Positions 27,986-36,903 of a stretch of 64,000 bases of DNA are shown piece after piece. The stretch comes from Patescibacteria group bacterium (GTDB taxonomy: Bacteria > Patescibacteriota > Patescibacteriia > JAHJFT01). The DNA lies in the NCBI GenBank assembly GCA_028710985.1, contig JAQTTB010000001.1, forward strand, positions 231,397 to 295,396. Direction: 5' to 3'. The position numbers and the translations under genes were made by a program. A model generated the notes under the pieces. The model did not search any database, was not told the DNA's origin, and saw nothing but the letters and a program-made list of their open reading frames with translations. Numbering within the stretch: the first letter of the stretch is position 1; each line of letters begins with the position of its first letter.

Positions 27986-28852
27986 TCAGTCGTACTCGTG
28001 GAGGATGACGGTCCGATTGGACACGTCTTTGATGGACGCGGCCTTTTTCTTGTCGCCCTTGAGCACGCACTTGCCGCCGGTCATGTAGCAGACCTGGACA
28101 AGCACCTCGAAGGGGCCGAAAGACTCAACCGGAACGTAGCCATCGGCCTGGGGCGGAAGCAATGGGAGCATAACGATGCCGCCATCTTCCAGAACCGGCA
28201 GCACCATCTCTCCAGCCCAGATCACCTCCTTGCCGTTCACCCAGACCCGGAAGTAGGCGCCATCCTTGACGTCTTCGCCCGAGATGTGGATGTTGAGGTT
28301 AGAGCCAGCCGGCGGAGCATAGGTATAACCCGTGATTCCGGCCGGGAATGGCTGGTACGGCATCATGGATGCGCCGAACGGCGCGGGCGAGATGCCGTAG
28401 CCGTAGATGGGCGGGACCGGCTGGAGAACCGGCTTGGGCGGGGGCGGGAGTAGCGTCGGCTTGGCCTCGGCCTCCAACTTGGCGTTGATTGCCTCGGCCT
28501 GGGCGATGAGGTCCGTGAGCTCAGCGACCTTCTTCTCGTTGATCGCTTCGTTCTCGGAGATGGATTCCATTTCCACTTCCGCGACCACGGTCTTGGAAAC
28601 CGCGGCCGGCTCGCTTCCGAGCATGCTCTCGAGCTCGGCGTTCTTGGTCTCGTAGCTGAGCGCGAGATCGTACATCTCGTCGCCCCGCGCCTGGGCGTCC
28701 GCGAGCTCGGCCTCCAGGTCATTCACCTCGGACTGCAGACTCGCGAGGTCGCTCGTCGCGCTCGCGAAGTCGTCGGAACTCACCGGACACTTGGGAGCCG
28801 CGGCGCACGCCGCAAGAACCACCATCACGAACAGAGTTAGGTACGTCTTCAT
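27986..28852 (-). CDS. hypothetical secreted protein with a coiled-coil N-terminal half, a Pro-rich linker and a C-terminal beta-rich domain (first gene of the high-GC island)
   Basis: A signal peptide (MKTYLTLFVMVVLAACAAAP) with a GGAGGA RBS. The segment LLPPPPKPVLQPVPPIYGYG is Pro-rich. GC is about 65%. Confidence 0.5.
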   Translation of the reverse strand: MKTYLTLFVMVVLAACAAAPKCPVSSDDFASATSDLASLQSEVNDLEAELADAQARGDEMYDLALSYETKNAELESMLGSEPAAVSKTVVAEVEMESISENEAINEKKVAELTDLIAQAEAINAKLEAEAKPTLLPPPPKPVLQPVPPIYGYGISPAPFGASMMPYQPFPAGITGYTYAPPAGSNLNIHISGEDVKDGAYFRVWVNGKEVIWAGEMVLPVLEDGGIVMLPLLPPQADGYVPVESFGPFEVLVQVCYMTGGKCVLKGDKKKAASIKDVSNRTVILHEYD

Positions 28853-28972
28853 CTCGTTATCCTCCGCTGTTGATTGTTGTTCAAAGGATCAATCCAAAAG
28901 ACAAATTATTTTATCTTCTTGATAGATCCGCGCAGAGATGAGAAGCACCTCTGCGCGAGAACTGAAAGAGCG

Positions 28973-29584
28973 TCAGGGCGAGGGCGTCGTCGCGGCGAGC
29001 GCTTCCTCGGTCTCCTCGATCTCCAAGTCCAGGATCTTTTCGGCGATCGCCTTGAGTTCCGCGATCTTGGCCGAGTAATCCGGACTCGCTGACGGCGTTG
29101 ACCAGACACTCGCAGCTGCAGATGCGTACTGGCTGTACGCCTGTTGCTGCGCGGTCATGACCTGCGCCATTTGGATGCCGGCCTGGGTCTTGACCCAGGT
29201 GTCGCACCAGTTGGCGCTCATGTACGGACAGCCGGGATATCCCATCATGGGAGAACCCCAGCCAGACATGCCGTAGCCGCCGCCGTAGCCCATGCCCATA
29301 CCCATGTAGTAGGGGTATCCGCCGTGAATCTCACGGCAGGTCTCAGCGTCGTACGATCCCAGACATGCTTCCCACGCCTGCTGGAGCTTGAACTGGTAGT
29401 TCACGAGCTCGGCCTGCATGGAGTACTGGTAGGCCATCTGTTTATCTTGGAGCACGAGCGAACCGTAAGCCGGACTCGGCAGATAGGGGCTGACGCCGTC
29501 GGCCGTCATGCCCGGGGACTGCACGGATGCATGGTAGCAACCAGCGAGCGCGAACGCGAAAAGAACGCAAACCAGCTTCTTCAT
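28973..29584 (-). CDS. hypothetical lipoprotein, Gly/Met/Tyr-rich
   Basis: The start is at MKKLVCVLFAFALAGC (lipobox) with a GGAGGA RBS. The segment YYMGMGMGYGGGYGMSGWGSPMMGYPGCPYM is low-complexity. High GC. Confidence 0.5.
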   Translation of the reverse strand: MKKLVCVLFAFALAGCYHASVQSPGMTADGVSPYLPSPAYGSLVLQDKQMAYQYSMQAELVNYQFKLQQAWEACLGSYDAETCREIHGGYPYYMGMGMGYGGGYGMSGWGSPMMGYPGCPYMSANWCDTWVKTQAGIQMAQVMTAQQQAYSQYASAAASVWSTPSASPDYSAKIAELKAIAEKILDLEIEETEEALAATTPSP

Positions 29585-29726
29585 GGCTATTTCCTCCTTG
29601 GTGATTGGCTGATTTTGAACTCTCAAATATACCATATTTTCACGATTTTGTCAATGCCCATGGGCAATTTTTTGGCTAAAAATCATCATAATTATGACAA
29701 AATATCCGGCCGTGAATATCGGATGT

Positions 29727-29838
29727 AGGGGCGGACCCCTGTGTCCGCCCCGTCACGGTTGGCTGGGGGCTGGCATAATCCTTATCCGGGCAGACACGGG
29801 GCATAATCCTTATCCGGGCAGACACGGGGGTCTGCCCC
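29727..29838. repeat. GC-rich hairpin and tandem-repeat cluster (a 30-bp unit GCATAATCCTTATCCGGGCAGACACGGGG x2, flanked by ggggcggac-cctgt-gtccgcccc and cagac-acggg-ggtctg hairpins)
   Basis: Direct repeat units lie at about 29772-29801 and 29802-29831. The flanking stems are self-complementary. The cluster is intergenic, between the lipoprotein gene and the small membrane protein gene. Confidence 0.6.
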
Positions 29839-29996
29839 TACCCGCTTCGCTCTAACGGTGCCACCCTTGACAAAGCCGCCAATTTTTGGCATGATTAAGC
29901 CACTAAAAAGACGAAAAATGCGTTTTCCCGAAAAGAGGCGCATTTTTGCGTAAAAGTCGGTCTTTTTACCAAAAAGCGCTTAATTAACCTAAACCA

Positions 29997-30302
29997 TTGC
30001 CCATGATTCTCTTTTTCATCGGTTTCCTGGAAATGATTATCGCCACTGCCTGGACCCGCGTGGTCACCAAGGCGCAAATCATGGCAAGCGGGTTTGTCAC
30101 CCTGGTCAATATCTTTATCTGGTACTACGTGCTCCAGCGCATAATTTCCGATATCAGCAACACCCAGCTGATTGTTATCTACGCGCTCGGATGCGCCATC
30201 GGCACCATGTTCTGCACCGCGTATTTTCATTATTTTGACAAAATATGCCGGCGCAAAAATAAAGTACGGTCAGCCCAGCCCGTTCTTCAGGAGAATAAAT
30301 AA
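29997..30302 (+). CDS. small hypothetical membrane protein (3 TM)
   Basis: A 101-aa ORF with three hydrophobic helices. Confidence 0.45.
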   Translation: MPMILFFIGFLEMIIATAWTRVVTKAQIMASGFVTLVNIFIWYYVLQRIISDISNTQLIVIYALGCAIGTMFCTAYFHYFDKICRRKNKVRSAQPVLQENK

Positions 30303-30340
30303 TATGGCACAAGATACAGAGCCCGTCCCCCGTGATTACT

Positions 30341-30380
30341 AAAAGCATCCTTTATACAAATAGAGGATGCTTTTGTTTTT
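30341..30380 (+). terminator. rho-independent terminator
   Basis: aaaAGCATCCtttatacaaatagaGGATGCTtttgttttt. Confidence 0.7.
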
Positions 30381-30403
30381 AAAAAATCCAAATGCTTAAA
30401 TCG

Positions 30404-30474
30404 AGAATCAAGAATTATGAATCAGGAATCAGGGTCTTTTAAAGCGACTTCTCCTGATTCATGATTCCTAATTC
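30404..30474. repeat. inverted repeat built from TGATTC/GAATCA heptamers (gaatcaagaattatgaatcaggaatcagg ... cctgattcatgattcctaattc)
   Basis: The arms lie at 30404-30432 and 30453-30474 in a convergent intergenic region. It is related to 22375-22412 and 46669-46747. Confidence 0.55.
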
Positions 30475-30538
30475 GCGTAAAAAAAGACGCCCGTCAACAG
30501 TGAACCTGTCAACGAGCGTCGGAAGAACAATGAAAGAA

Positions 30539-31954
30539 CTACTCGATCGCCTGAACCCGGACCTTGAGTGCCCGGAGCTCGGCGAGCTTGGCCTCGAGCT
30601 TGGCCCGCCCCTCGTCCGAGAGCGCGGGCGGTGGCTCGACCGGATCAGCTGCCGAAATGATCAGTGTAGACTGAGTCTTGGCAGGCGCGGCGGGAGTGAC
30701 GAGTGCGGACGTCGTTGTCGGCACGGTTGGCGTTTTCGCCACGACCGCGAAACCTTTCCTGGTTCTCAGCTCCTTAAGCTCGGCCTTGGCTTTGGCATAG
30801 CCCACGCCCATGACGCTCATCCCGTAGTTCCAGAACTCGATCGGCGTCCCGGGACGGAGCTTGGCGTCAAGCTTGGCGAGTCGTCCGAGCTCTTCGCGGT
30901 AGTCCAGCCGCGCATTGTTGAGGTAGAGCTCGTCGCGCGCCTTGAGGCACTCTCGGGTCGTGCAGGAAGAGCTAAATGTCATTCCTGGAATCGGGAGCTT
31001 GCAGTCGCAGACGATGTTGCGCATCCCGTCGACGCACTGGTCACAGCGCGTTGAAGGATCCTGCCGCACGACCGGCGACGGCTGGTCTTCGATGCCGATG
31101 CCCCACCTGTCCACGTACCCCTCGACCGCCATCGCGTACTTGTCGTACAAGTCCGCATAAACGATCTGGGTCCGCAGATGATGGTTGTACTGCTTGCCAC
31201 GAAGCAGGCTCTGGCCGAAATTGATGGTTGTTGCAAGGAGCACGAACCCGACAAAGGCAAGCGCGACGCGCCTTGACCACGGGCTCTTGAGCTCCCACCC
31301 AACCGTCGCAAACCCGATGAACAACGCAATGAGCAGTACCACGAGGAAAGCGAACGGATTGGTGTAGACCGGAAACACGCTTGCGTAAATGCCGAGCACT
31401 GCGAGCCAGGCCATGACGCTCATGAGCTGACGCAACAGTTTCCCGGCTTTGGCCTGACCGATCCCGGTCTGCACATGCGTCCAGTCGAAGGTAAACCGCT
31501 CGCTGGAGCAGATGAGCAGCTTATCGCCTTCTCTCGACAGCTTGATGCCGGGGAAAGAAAGCTTGGGGAGCGGGATCTTCTCGATGGCGCCGGCGAGTAT
31601 CACCAGCACCTCCGCGAATATCGCGGTTCTGAACCAGAGGTAGGCGAGCATGGCGGCGAAGCCAAGACTGCCGAACGCGATGATGATCCGGCCCAGATTC
31701 ATGAGCCAGATCACGCCCCAAACGTGACCGAGGTAACCCGTGACCACGCCGAGCGTCCAGAGAATCACGAGCCTCCACACCGTGCGGAAAAGCACGCGAC
31801 GGAGCTCGCGCGCCTCGGCGATGCCGCGCGAAACGAGTTCCACGACAATGGTCTCCACGTCGTCGTGAAGAATCGTGAAGAGAGCGCTCGCATCGGTGAA
31901 GAAGTGTGTTACGAGCTTGGTTATGGATGTCCATATGCTAGAGGACTTTTTCAT
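30539..31954 (-). CDS. hypothetical polytopic membrane protein with a C-terminal Cys-cluster/coiled-coil cytoplasmic domain (high-GC island)
   Basis: A 471-aa protein with about 8 TM segments in the N-terminal 270 aa. CDQCVDGMRNIVCDCK...SSSCTTREC is a Cys cluster. It ends AKLAELRALKVRVQAIE. Confidence 0.45.
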   Translation of the reverse strand: MKKSSSIWTSITKLVTHFFTDASALFTILHDDVETIVVELVSRGIAEARELRRVLFRTVWRLVILWTLGVVTGYLGHVWGVIWLMNLGRIIIAFGSLGFAAMLAYLWFRTAIFAEVLVILAGAIEKIPLPKLSFPGIKLSREGDKLLICSSERFTFDWTHVQTGIGQAKAGKLLRQLMSVMAWLAVLGIYASVFPVYTNPFAFLVVLLIALFIGFATVGWELKSPWSRRVALAFVGFVLLATTINFGQSLLRGKQYNHHLRTQIVYADLYDKYAMAVEGYVDRWGIGIEDQPSPVVRQDPSTRCDQCVDGMRNIVCDCKLPIPGMTFSSSCTTRECLKARDELYLNNARLDYREELGRLAKLDAKLRPGTPIEFWNYGMSVMGVGYAKAKAELKELRTRKGFAVVAKTPTVPTTTSALVTPAAPAKTQSTLIISAADPVEPPPALSDEGRAKLEAKLAELRALKVRVQAIE

Positions 31955-31967
31955 GCCAGACTCCTTT

Positions 31968-33191
31968 CTATATTCCCAGCAGGTTACGGAGAATGCCTAC
32001 GAAGCCACGCCTCGGCGGTGGAGGCGCAAGACGCGCCCTCGCGCGCGCGTAGGCTGCGTAGCAGCCCTCGCTCGCTCGATTTGCTACGTCGCGCAGTGGC
32101 GTGCTCACTCTCTGCTCCAGACCCTCGTCGATCTGCTCCAGACCCGTGGCGATGCCCTCCTCCTTGTCTTCCACGCATTTCTTCGCCCGCTTATACAAAC
32201 CAGAAACGTGTTTCTTGGAGAAGAACTTCTCCTTCTTCGGCTCCGAAAGCTTGATGATCGTACCGAGCGCGAGCACCATCTCCTCGGTTTGTGAATCAAG
32301 AAGCGCCGCGGCTTCCGCGTCCGGATCCACTTCTTCACCGGCCGTGAGCCTCGTAGTTATCTGATTGTGGAGTTCCCGGTACTCGTCGCGCTGGCGCCGA
32401 ATCTTACGCATCAAAAGCCTCAGCTCTGCCGTCCTGGTGATTGCCATCACATACGGCTTGATGCGCTTGGCGCGCCCCGCGTCCAGCTCGGAAAGCCACC
32501 GCTGGAACTCCTCGGCCTCGATCGGATCGACATCCATCAGGACCGTCGCGAGGGTGCCGGTATGTTCCGCACGCGCTTCCTCGTCCTTCGTCGCGAACCA
32601 TCTCCAGCAACAGTCAGCCGGAGAACGACCGGCGATTTCCGCATCCAATCGTTCACCCATAAGCACCTGCGACTGCTGTTGCTGTTTTCCACGCCCTCCG
32701 CGTTGTATCTGTCTCGCGATCGGACACATGGGCTGATGATAATGCAGACCGTTACGATCGAGTGCCACCTCACAGTTGATCCCGTTCATGCGTGCGTTGA
32801 ATGCGTGCTGGAATTTCTTCTCGTCGAATTTACCTTTCCCGTCCTCCCATGGCTCAGTGAGCCCCTCGCCGATTCCGGAGAACAGGGCATCCACGAGCTC
32901 GTTTGCCAGGCGATAACTTGATTCCTTCTTGAACCAGCTTCTCTGAAGCAGAATGTAGCCGCCTAGGCTTCGCACGCCGAGCTCTAAGAAGTTTCGCACT
33001 CCTTCATCCAACTGATCGGTCATGGGCTTGACGTAGGAGTTGTGAATCAAGAGCTTGCCCAGCCGTTCCGCTTGTCTCTCTAAATGCGGCTTTAGCGTCC
33101 TCATGACCGCATTCATATCGTCAGTTGGTGTCGCTCCTGAAACAGAAACCTGAGCCGGATTGGCTACCGACTCTTTCCTACTGTTCGCCAT
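31968..33191 (-). CDS. hypothetical soluble protein (407 aa), co-directional with 30539..31954 across a 13-bp gap
   Basis: There is no recognisable domain. It lies in a high-GC context. A GGAGGAT-like RBS sits upstream. Confidence 0.45.
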   Translation of the reverse strand: MANSRKESVANPAQVSVSGATPTDDMNAVMRTLKPHLERQAERLGKLLIHNSYVKPMTDQLDEGVRNFLELGVRSLGGYILLQRSWFKKESSYRLANELVDALFSGIGEGLTEPWEDGKGKFDEKKFQHAFNARMNGINCEVALDRNGLHYHQPMCPIARQIQRGGRGKQQQQSQVLMGERLDAEIAGRSPADCCWRWFATKDEEARAEHTGTLATVLMDVDPIEAEEFQRWLSELDAGRAKRIKPYVMAITRTAELRLLMRKIRRQRDEYRELHNQITTRLTAGEEVDPDAEAAALLDSQTEEMVLALGTIIKLSEPKKEKFFSKKHVSGLYKRAKKCVEDKEEGIATGLEQIDEGLEQRVSTPLRDVANRASEGCYAAYARARARLAPPPPRRGFVGILRNLLGI

Positions 33192-33338
33192 GTTTCCTAT
33201 CCTCTCTTTCTATTTTTTTCCGCTGTTTAATTGTTAACGAACCTAAGAAAACGCCACCCGAGCGCAACCCAGGTAACAGCGCATTTTAGCACAAAAAATG
33301 CAAAATGTCAAGGCGCGCGGACAAATTTTGCCCGACCC

Positions 33339-33367
33339 TTGACAAAAACCCAAAAATGCTCTATGAT
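33339..33367 (+). promoter_or_regulatory. consensus sigma70 promoter (TTGACA-17-TATGAT) driving 33394..33831
   Basis: TTGACAaaaacccaaaaatgctcTATGAT, followed by GGGAGGA and the ATG at 33394. Confidence 0.55.
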
Positions 33368-33393
33368 TGAATGTTTTCTGAAGGGAGGAAACC

Positions 33394-33831
33394 ATGAAGG
33401 AACCCCCTACGAATCGCGGCATTATGTTCGTGGAATATTTGGAACACAACAATCCGGCCATTCTTGAGCACATTTTCCGCCCGGCCGACCGCGCCCTGCG
33501 CCAGACGAATCCCACAATTGAGGAGCTGCTTCGCGCCTTCAATCTGATGATTGATTTCATCGACCGGAAAATTCAGCTATTCCCCCGCGTCTCGGATAAG
33601 ATTGCGCGCGCCGTGGCTGACGAAATCGCCAAAACGCCGAACGAGATGCGCAAGCGGGAAGCGGCGCTTGCCTCCACGAGCGACGACCCGGCCGTCAAGG
33701 AATGGGGCGAGCTGGTCATCTGCCAGGAAGTCACCGCTTCGCTCGTCATTACCGAGAACGATAAAGTTCTCGAGGTTCTAAGCAGATTCTTCTGGGGAGT
33801 CTTCGCCTGCCTGCGGCGATCTCCACACTAA
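33394..33831 (+). CDS. hypothetical protein
   Basis: A 145-aa ORF with a strong RBS and no known domain. Confidence 0.45.
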   Translation: MKEPPTNRGIMFVEYLEHNNPAILEHIFRPADRALRQTNPTIEELLRAFNLMIDFIDRKIQLFPRVSDKIARAVADEIAKTPNEMRKREAALASTSDDPAVKEWGELVICQEVTASLVITENDKVLEVLSRFFWGVFACLRRSPH

Positions 33832-33878
33832 AAAAGGCACCTGACGCTCTTCCTTGCGCCAGGTGCAACTTTTTTTAT
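33831..33878 (+). terminator. rho-independent terminator closing the high-GC island
   Basis: aaaaaGGCACCTGacgctcttccttgcgcCAGGTGCaactttttttat. Confidence 0.6.
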
Positions 33879-33886
33879 TAACTGTT

Positions 33887-34252
33887 TTATGCCGCCGGAC
33901 CTATCGTCTTGCCGTAGCGCGTCAACATTTGACCAACCTGTTTATTCAGAGCGGCCTGAAGCTCATCCGGAGGCACGCCGGTTTTCTTAAGATTTTTGAT
34001 TGATGCAAAAATCTGCTCAAAGGAGTCGCCCCTACCCTCAAAAATTCCGTGCGACTTGATATTCTCAACAATCGCGCGATGCGCCTTGTCCTGCGAAGCT
34101 ACTTTTTCGAACGCGTCAATTACCTCCTGCTGTTCGAGTGTATAATCCCCCTTTTTTGGTTTCCCTTTACTCGCGTCAACCGTCGCGCCCTCCAGCATTT
34201 CGCGCTCGGCCTCCGACAACTTCTCCATTGGTATAGATTTTTCTGGTATCAT
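33887..34252 (-). CDS. hypothetical protein
   Basis: A 121-aa hydrophilic ORF. Confidence 0.4.
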   Translation of the reverse strand: MIPEKSIPMEKLSEAEREMLEGATVDASKGKPKKGDYTLEQQEVIDAFEKVASQDKAHRAIVENIKSHGIFEGRGDSFEQIFASIKNLKKTGVPPDELQAALNKQVGQMLTRYGKTIGPAA

Positions 34253-34263
34253 ATTATTTATAA

Positions 34264-35298
34264 TTAATTACTCAGTTTTTTCTTAAGAAAATTAACCCAT
34301 GGGATATCCGAAGGATCTTTGCCATTCATGATGCCGAGATAAAAACTCAAATATGCTCCGAGCATCAGCGCCTCGGACGCCTGCGCGAGCTTCGCGGTTT
34401 CGGAAAAACGATAAGTCAGGGTTTTAATCTTATTTCTTTCAATAATCTGCCGCGTGAGCGCGTACCGCCGCTGGACTTGGGGATGATACTTTTTGGATTC
34501 AAAAAATACGAATCTCATATCGCGCTTCGGCCGCTCGGGAAAAGAAAGCCCCTCAAGCAAATGATGGTTGATTTCCGGAATCAGAAAATATGTCGCGAAC
34601 TGCTTTGATGTTTCGTTGATTTGATTTGCCGCGATGTGCATGTTGCCTTCCAAAAATTCCGAACCAATTAAAATCACCTGTTTCCCCTTGAGCTGGCGCG
34701 CCAAATTCTTTGCCGGATTTGTGCCGTTTGCGGCAAACCGCTTTGCCTGCCGAGCAAGCGCGCGGATCATTGCCTCGCCTTCGCTCTCCGAAACGCGCGC
34801 CAGACCGGCGCGCGAGAGAAGCGCGAGTGTCCCGAATATCGCGTATCCAAGCCCGAGCCGCGGCTGGCCGCACGGATTCCACTTCGGCGTAAATTCATAC
34901 ATCGGCCAGGAATATTTTTTTGCCATCTCCGCAAGCACACCGCCTGCGGCAATTACCATAATTTTCGCGCGCTTTGCCCGGGCCTCGCGCGCACACGAAA
35001 TTACTTCTTCGGTCGTGCCCGAATATGAAGATAATAAAACCAAAGTATTTTCATCCACGTAAGCCGGCAGATTATAACTGTTTATAATCTGCATCGGCGC
35101 ATCAATCTTGTCGTAAAAAATTGAACGCACCGCGTGCGGTCCGATTGCCGAACCGCCCATGCCGCAAACCAAAATACGCGAAACCCTCGAATAATTTTTC
35201 GGGATCTTAATCCGCCGCGCTTCGCTCCAGGCCTGAGCCGCCTGTTTGGGAATAAAGCCGATTGAACCAAAAACATCGCGTGAATCAAGTTTTTTCAT
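34264..35298 (-). CDS. SIS-domain sugar-phosphate isomerase (bifunctional phosphoglucose/phosphomannose isomerase-like)
   Basis: ILVCGMGGSAIGPHAV and LLSSYSGTTEE are SIS motifs. The start is at MKKLDSRD (35298). An alternative start at 35319 would overlap the upstream stop. Confidence 0.6.
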   Translation of the reverse strand: MKKLDSRDVFGSIGFIPKQAAQAWSEARRIKIPKNYSRVSRILVCGMGGSAIGPHAVRSIFYDKIDAPMQIINSYNLPAYVDENTLVLLSSYSGTTEEVISCAREARAKRAKIMVIAAGGVLAEMAKKYSWPMYEFTPKWNPCGQPRLGLGYAIFGTLALLSRAGLARVSESEGEAMIRALARQAKRFAANGTNPAKNLARQLKGKQVILIGSEFLEGNMHIAANQINETSKQFATYFLIPEINHHLLEGLSFPERPKRDMRFVFFESKKYHPQVQRRYALTRQIIERNKIKTLTYRFSETAKLAQASEALMLGAYLSFYLGIMNGKDPSDIPWVNFLKKKLSN

Positions 35299-35308
35299 GA
35301 TTTTTACA

Positions 35309-36457
35309 CTAATTTCCATAAATTTTTGATATACCCATTTTATCTTTAATTGCGGCCTCAAGCAAGCCCCGCTCCGAAGCGTCGCCCGCGAGCGCCGCCC
35401 CGCGGATTTTACCGTCTTTTACAAATATTTCTTTCACCGCGTCCGCGCCGGACATCTTCTCAACCACTTCGTCCGCCGCCTCGCGCCGCGTGTCTCCTAA
35501 AAAAACCACCGGCAATCCAAAAATATCCAAAGCGTTCACCGTCACTTCGCAAAATTCTTCGTTCGCGCCGGCCATATTCGCTCCGGCGATCCGGCCCTGG
35601 CGCGCCGCGTTCGCCCAGTTGCCCTGCCGGCGATATTCTTCAGCCGCCGCGTCAAAAAATTTCACCACATCACCGGCCGCATATACGTCCCGGGCACTCG
35701 TCTCCATGCGCTCATTCACCCTGACTCCGTCGTCCGTCTCCACACCCGAACCGGCAAGCCATTCAATATTCGGTTTCATGCCCACGCCCGCGAAAACAAT
35801 ATCCCCTTTTATTTCTTCTCCCGCCGCCTCAAAACTCTTATGCAAAATAATGCCCTGCTCAATAAATTTTTTATTGATTAATTCGCCGGCGACTTTTCCC
35901 AATATCTTTGACCAGTAGTATTCGCCCCGCATATAAAGATGCGTCTCCAGTCCCCTCGCCCGGCAAATCTTAAGAAATGCCTGGCCGATAAATCCGCCGC
36001 CCACAACCGCGGCTCGCCGCGGTTTTATTTCCCGAAAGGCCTGCAGAATTTTTTCCGCATCTTCAAGGTTCCAAAGATAAAAAATATCAGCTCCATTCTC
36101 ACGGGCTGACAGCAAACGAGGCCGCACGCCGGACGCGATTAACAATTTTCCGTATTCAATTTCGTCTCCGGACTCGGTTGTGACAATTTTTTTCTCCGCA
36201 TCAAGCAATTCCGCGCGCGATTCCGTCACGAATATTATTTTCTGTTCATCAAACCATTTTTTATCACGCAAAAACAACTTTTGTTTTTCAATCCCGCCTT
36301 CTAAATATTTTGTAAGTAAAATACGCGAGTAACCCGGCTCTTTCTCGTCACTCAAAACCGCAATTCCGGCATTCGCGTCGCGTTGCCTCAGCTCTTCGGC
36401 CGCGGCCATGCCCGCGGCGCTCGCGCCCACAATTAAATATTCGGCCTGTCTTTTCAT
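35309..36457 (-). CDS. FAD-dependent pyridine nucleotide-disulfide oxidoreductase (NADH oxidase / CoA-disulfide reductase-like)
   Basis: EYLIVGASAAGMAAAEEL is the N-terminal FAD Rossmann fold. AAVVGGGFIGQAF is the second NAD(P) site. YAAGD is the C-terminal FAD motif. Confidence 0.7.
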   Translation of the reverse strand: MKRQAEYLIVGASAAGMAAAEELRQRDANAGIAVLSDEKEPGYSRILLTKYLEGGIEKQKLFLRDKKWFDEQKIIFVTESRAELLDAEKKIVTTESGDEIEYGKLLIASGVRPRLLSARENGADIFYLWNLEDAEKILQAFREIKPRRAAVVGGGFIGQAFLKICRARGLETHLYMRGEYYWSKILGKVAGELINKKFIEQGIILHKSFEAAGEEIKGDIVFAGVGMKPNIEWLAGSGVETDDGVRVNERMETSARDVYAAGDVVKFFDAAAEEYRRQGNWANAARQGRIAGANMAGANEEFCEVTVNALDIFGLPVVFLGDTRREAADEVVEKMSGADAVKEIFVKDGKIRGAALAGDASERGLLEAAIKDKMGISKIYGN

Positions 36458-36459
36458 AA

Positions 36460-36903
36460 TCAATGATTTTTCCTCTTTTCCCAATCCGCGATCGCCGCCC
36501 GGAGCGCCTGGTCGCCGAGCACTGAGCAGTGAACTTTGATTTGCGGCAGTCCGCCAAGCTGCTTGATAATATCCTCCGGTGTTATTTTTTTCGCTTCATC
36601 CACCGTCATGCCGATGGCCATTTCCGAGAGCGCCGAGGTTGAGGCGATCGCCGAAGCGCATCCGAAAGTGCGCCACTTGCAGTCCGTAATCTTGCGGGTT
36701 ACGGGATCAACCTTTATCCAAACGCGCATCATGTCGCCGCACGCCGGTGACCCGACTTCCCCGATTCCATCGGCCTGATAATTATTTAGCAAATCCTCGG
36801 TCATCACGTTGCGGGGATTAAAAAAATGATCCTTTACTCGTTCGGAGTAAAGCCACACTTCTTCGCCGCGCACGAGATCCGATTTATTATTATTTTTTTT
36901 CAT
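36460..36903 (-). CDS. Fe-S cluster assembly scaffold NifU/IscU
   Basis: GSPACGDMMRVWIKV...CKWRTFGCASAIASTSA matches the IscU/NifU N-terminal domain with its three conserved Cys. The start is moved to MKKNNNK. Confidence 0.8.
   Translation of the reverse strand: MKKNNNKSDLVRGEEVWLYSERVKDHFFNPRNVMTEDLLNNYQADGIGEVGSPACGDMMRVWIKVDPVTRKITDCKWRTFGCASAIASTSALSEMAIGMTVDEAKKITPEDIIKQLGGLPQIKVHCSVLGDQALRAAIADWEKRKNH

Noticed and set aside
28363-29109. Long Arg/Pro/Ser-rich ORFs (e.g. 28363..28722, 28906..29109, 28911..29207) and many overlapping ORFs on both strands between 28 and 33 kb
   Set aside because: They are antisense or out-of-frame to the better-supported genes in a ~65% GC region, where stop codons are rare. 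Their low-complexity composition is typical of GC-driven spurious ORFs.
29772-29831. The 30-bp tandem direct repeat, considered as a possible mini-CRISPR array
   Set aside because: There are only two immediately adjacent units with no spacers, and no cas genes nearby.
30461-31054. ORF 30461..31054 (+), 197 aa
   Set aside because: It begins inside the TGATTC inverted repeat and runs antisense to the better-supported 471-aa membrane protein gene. It is a high-GC artefact.
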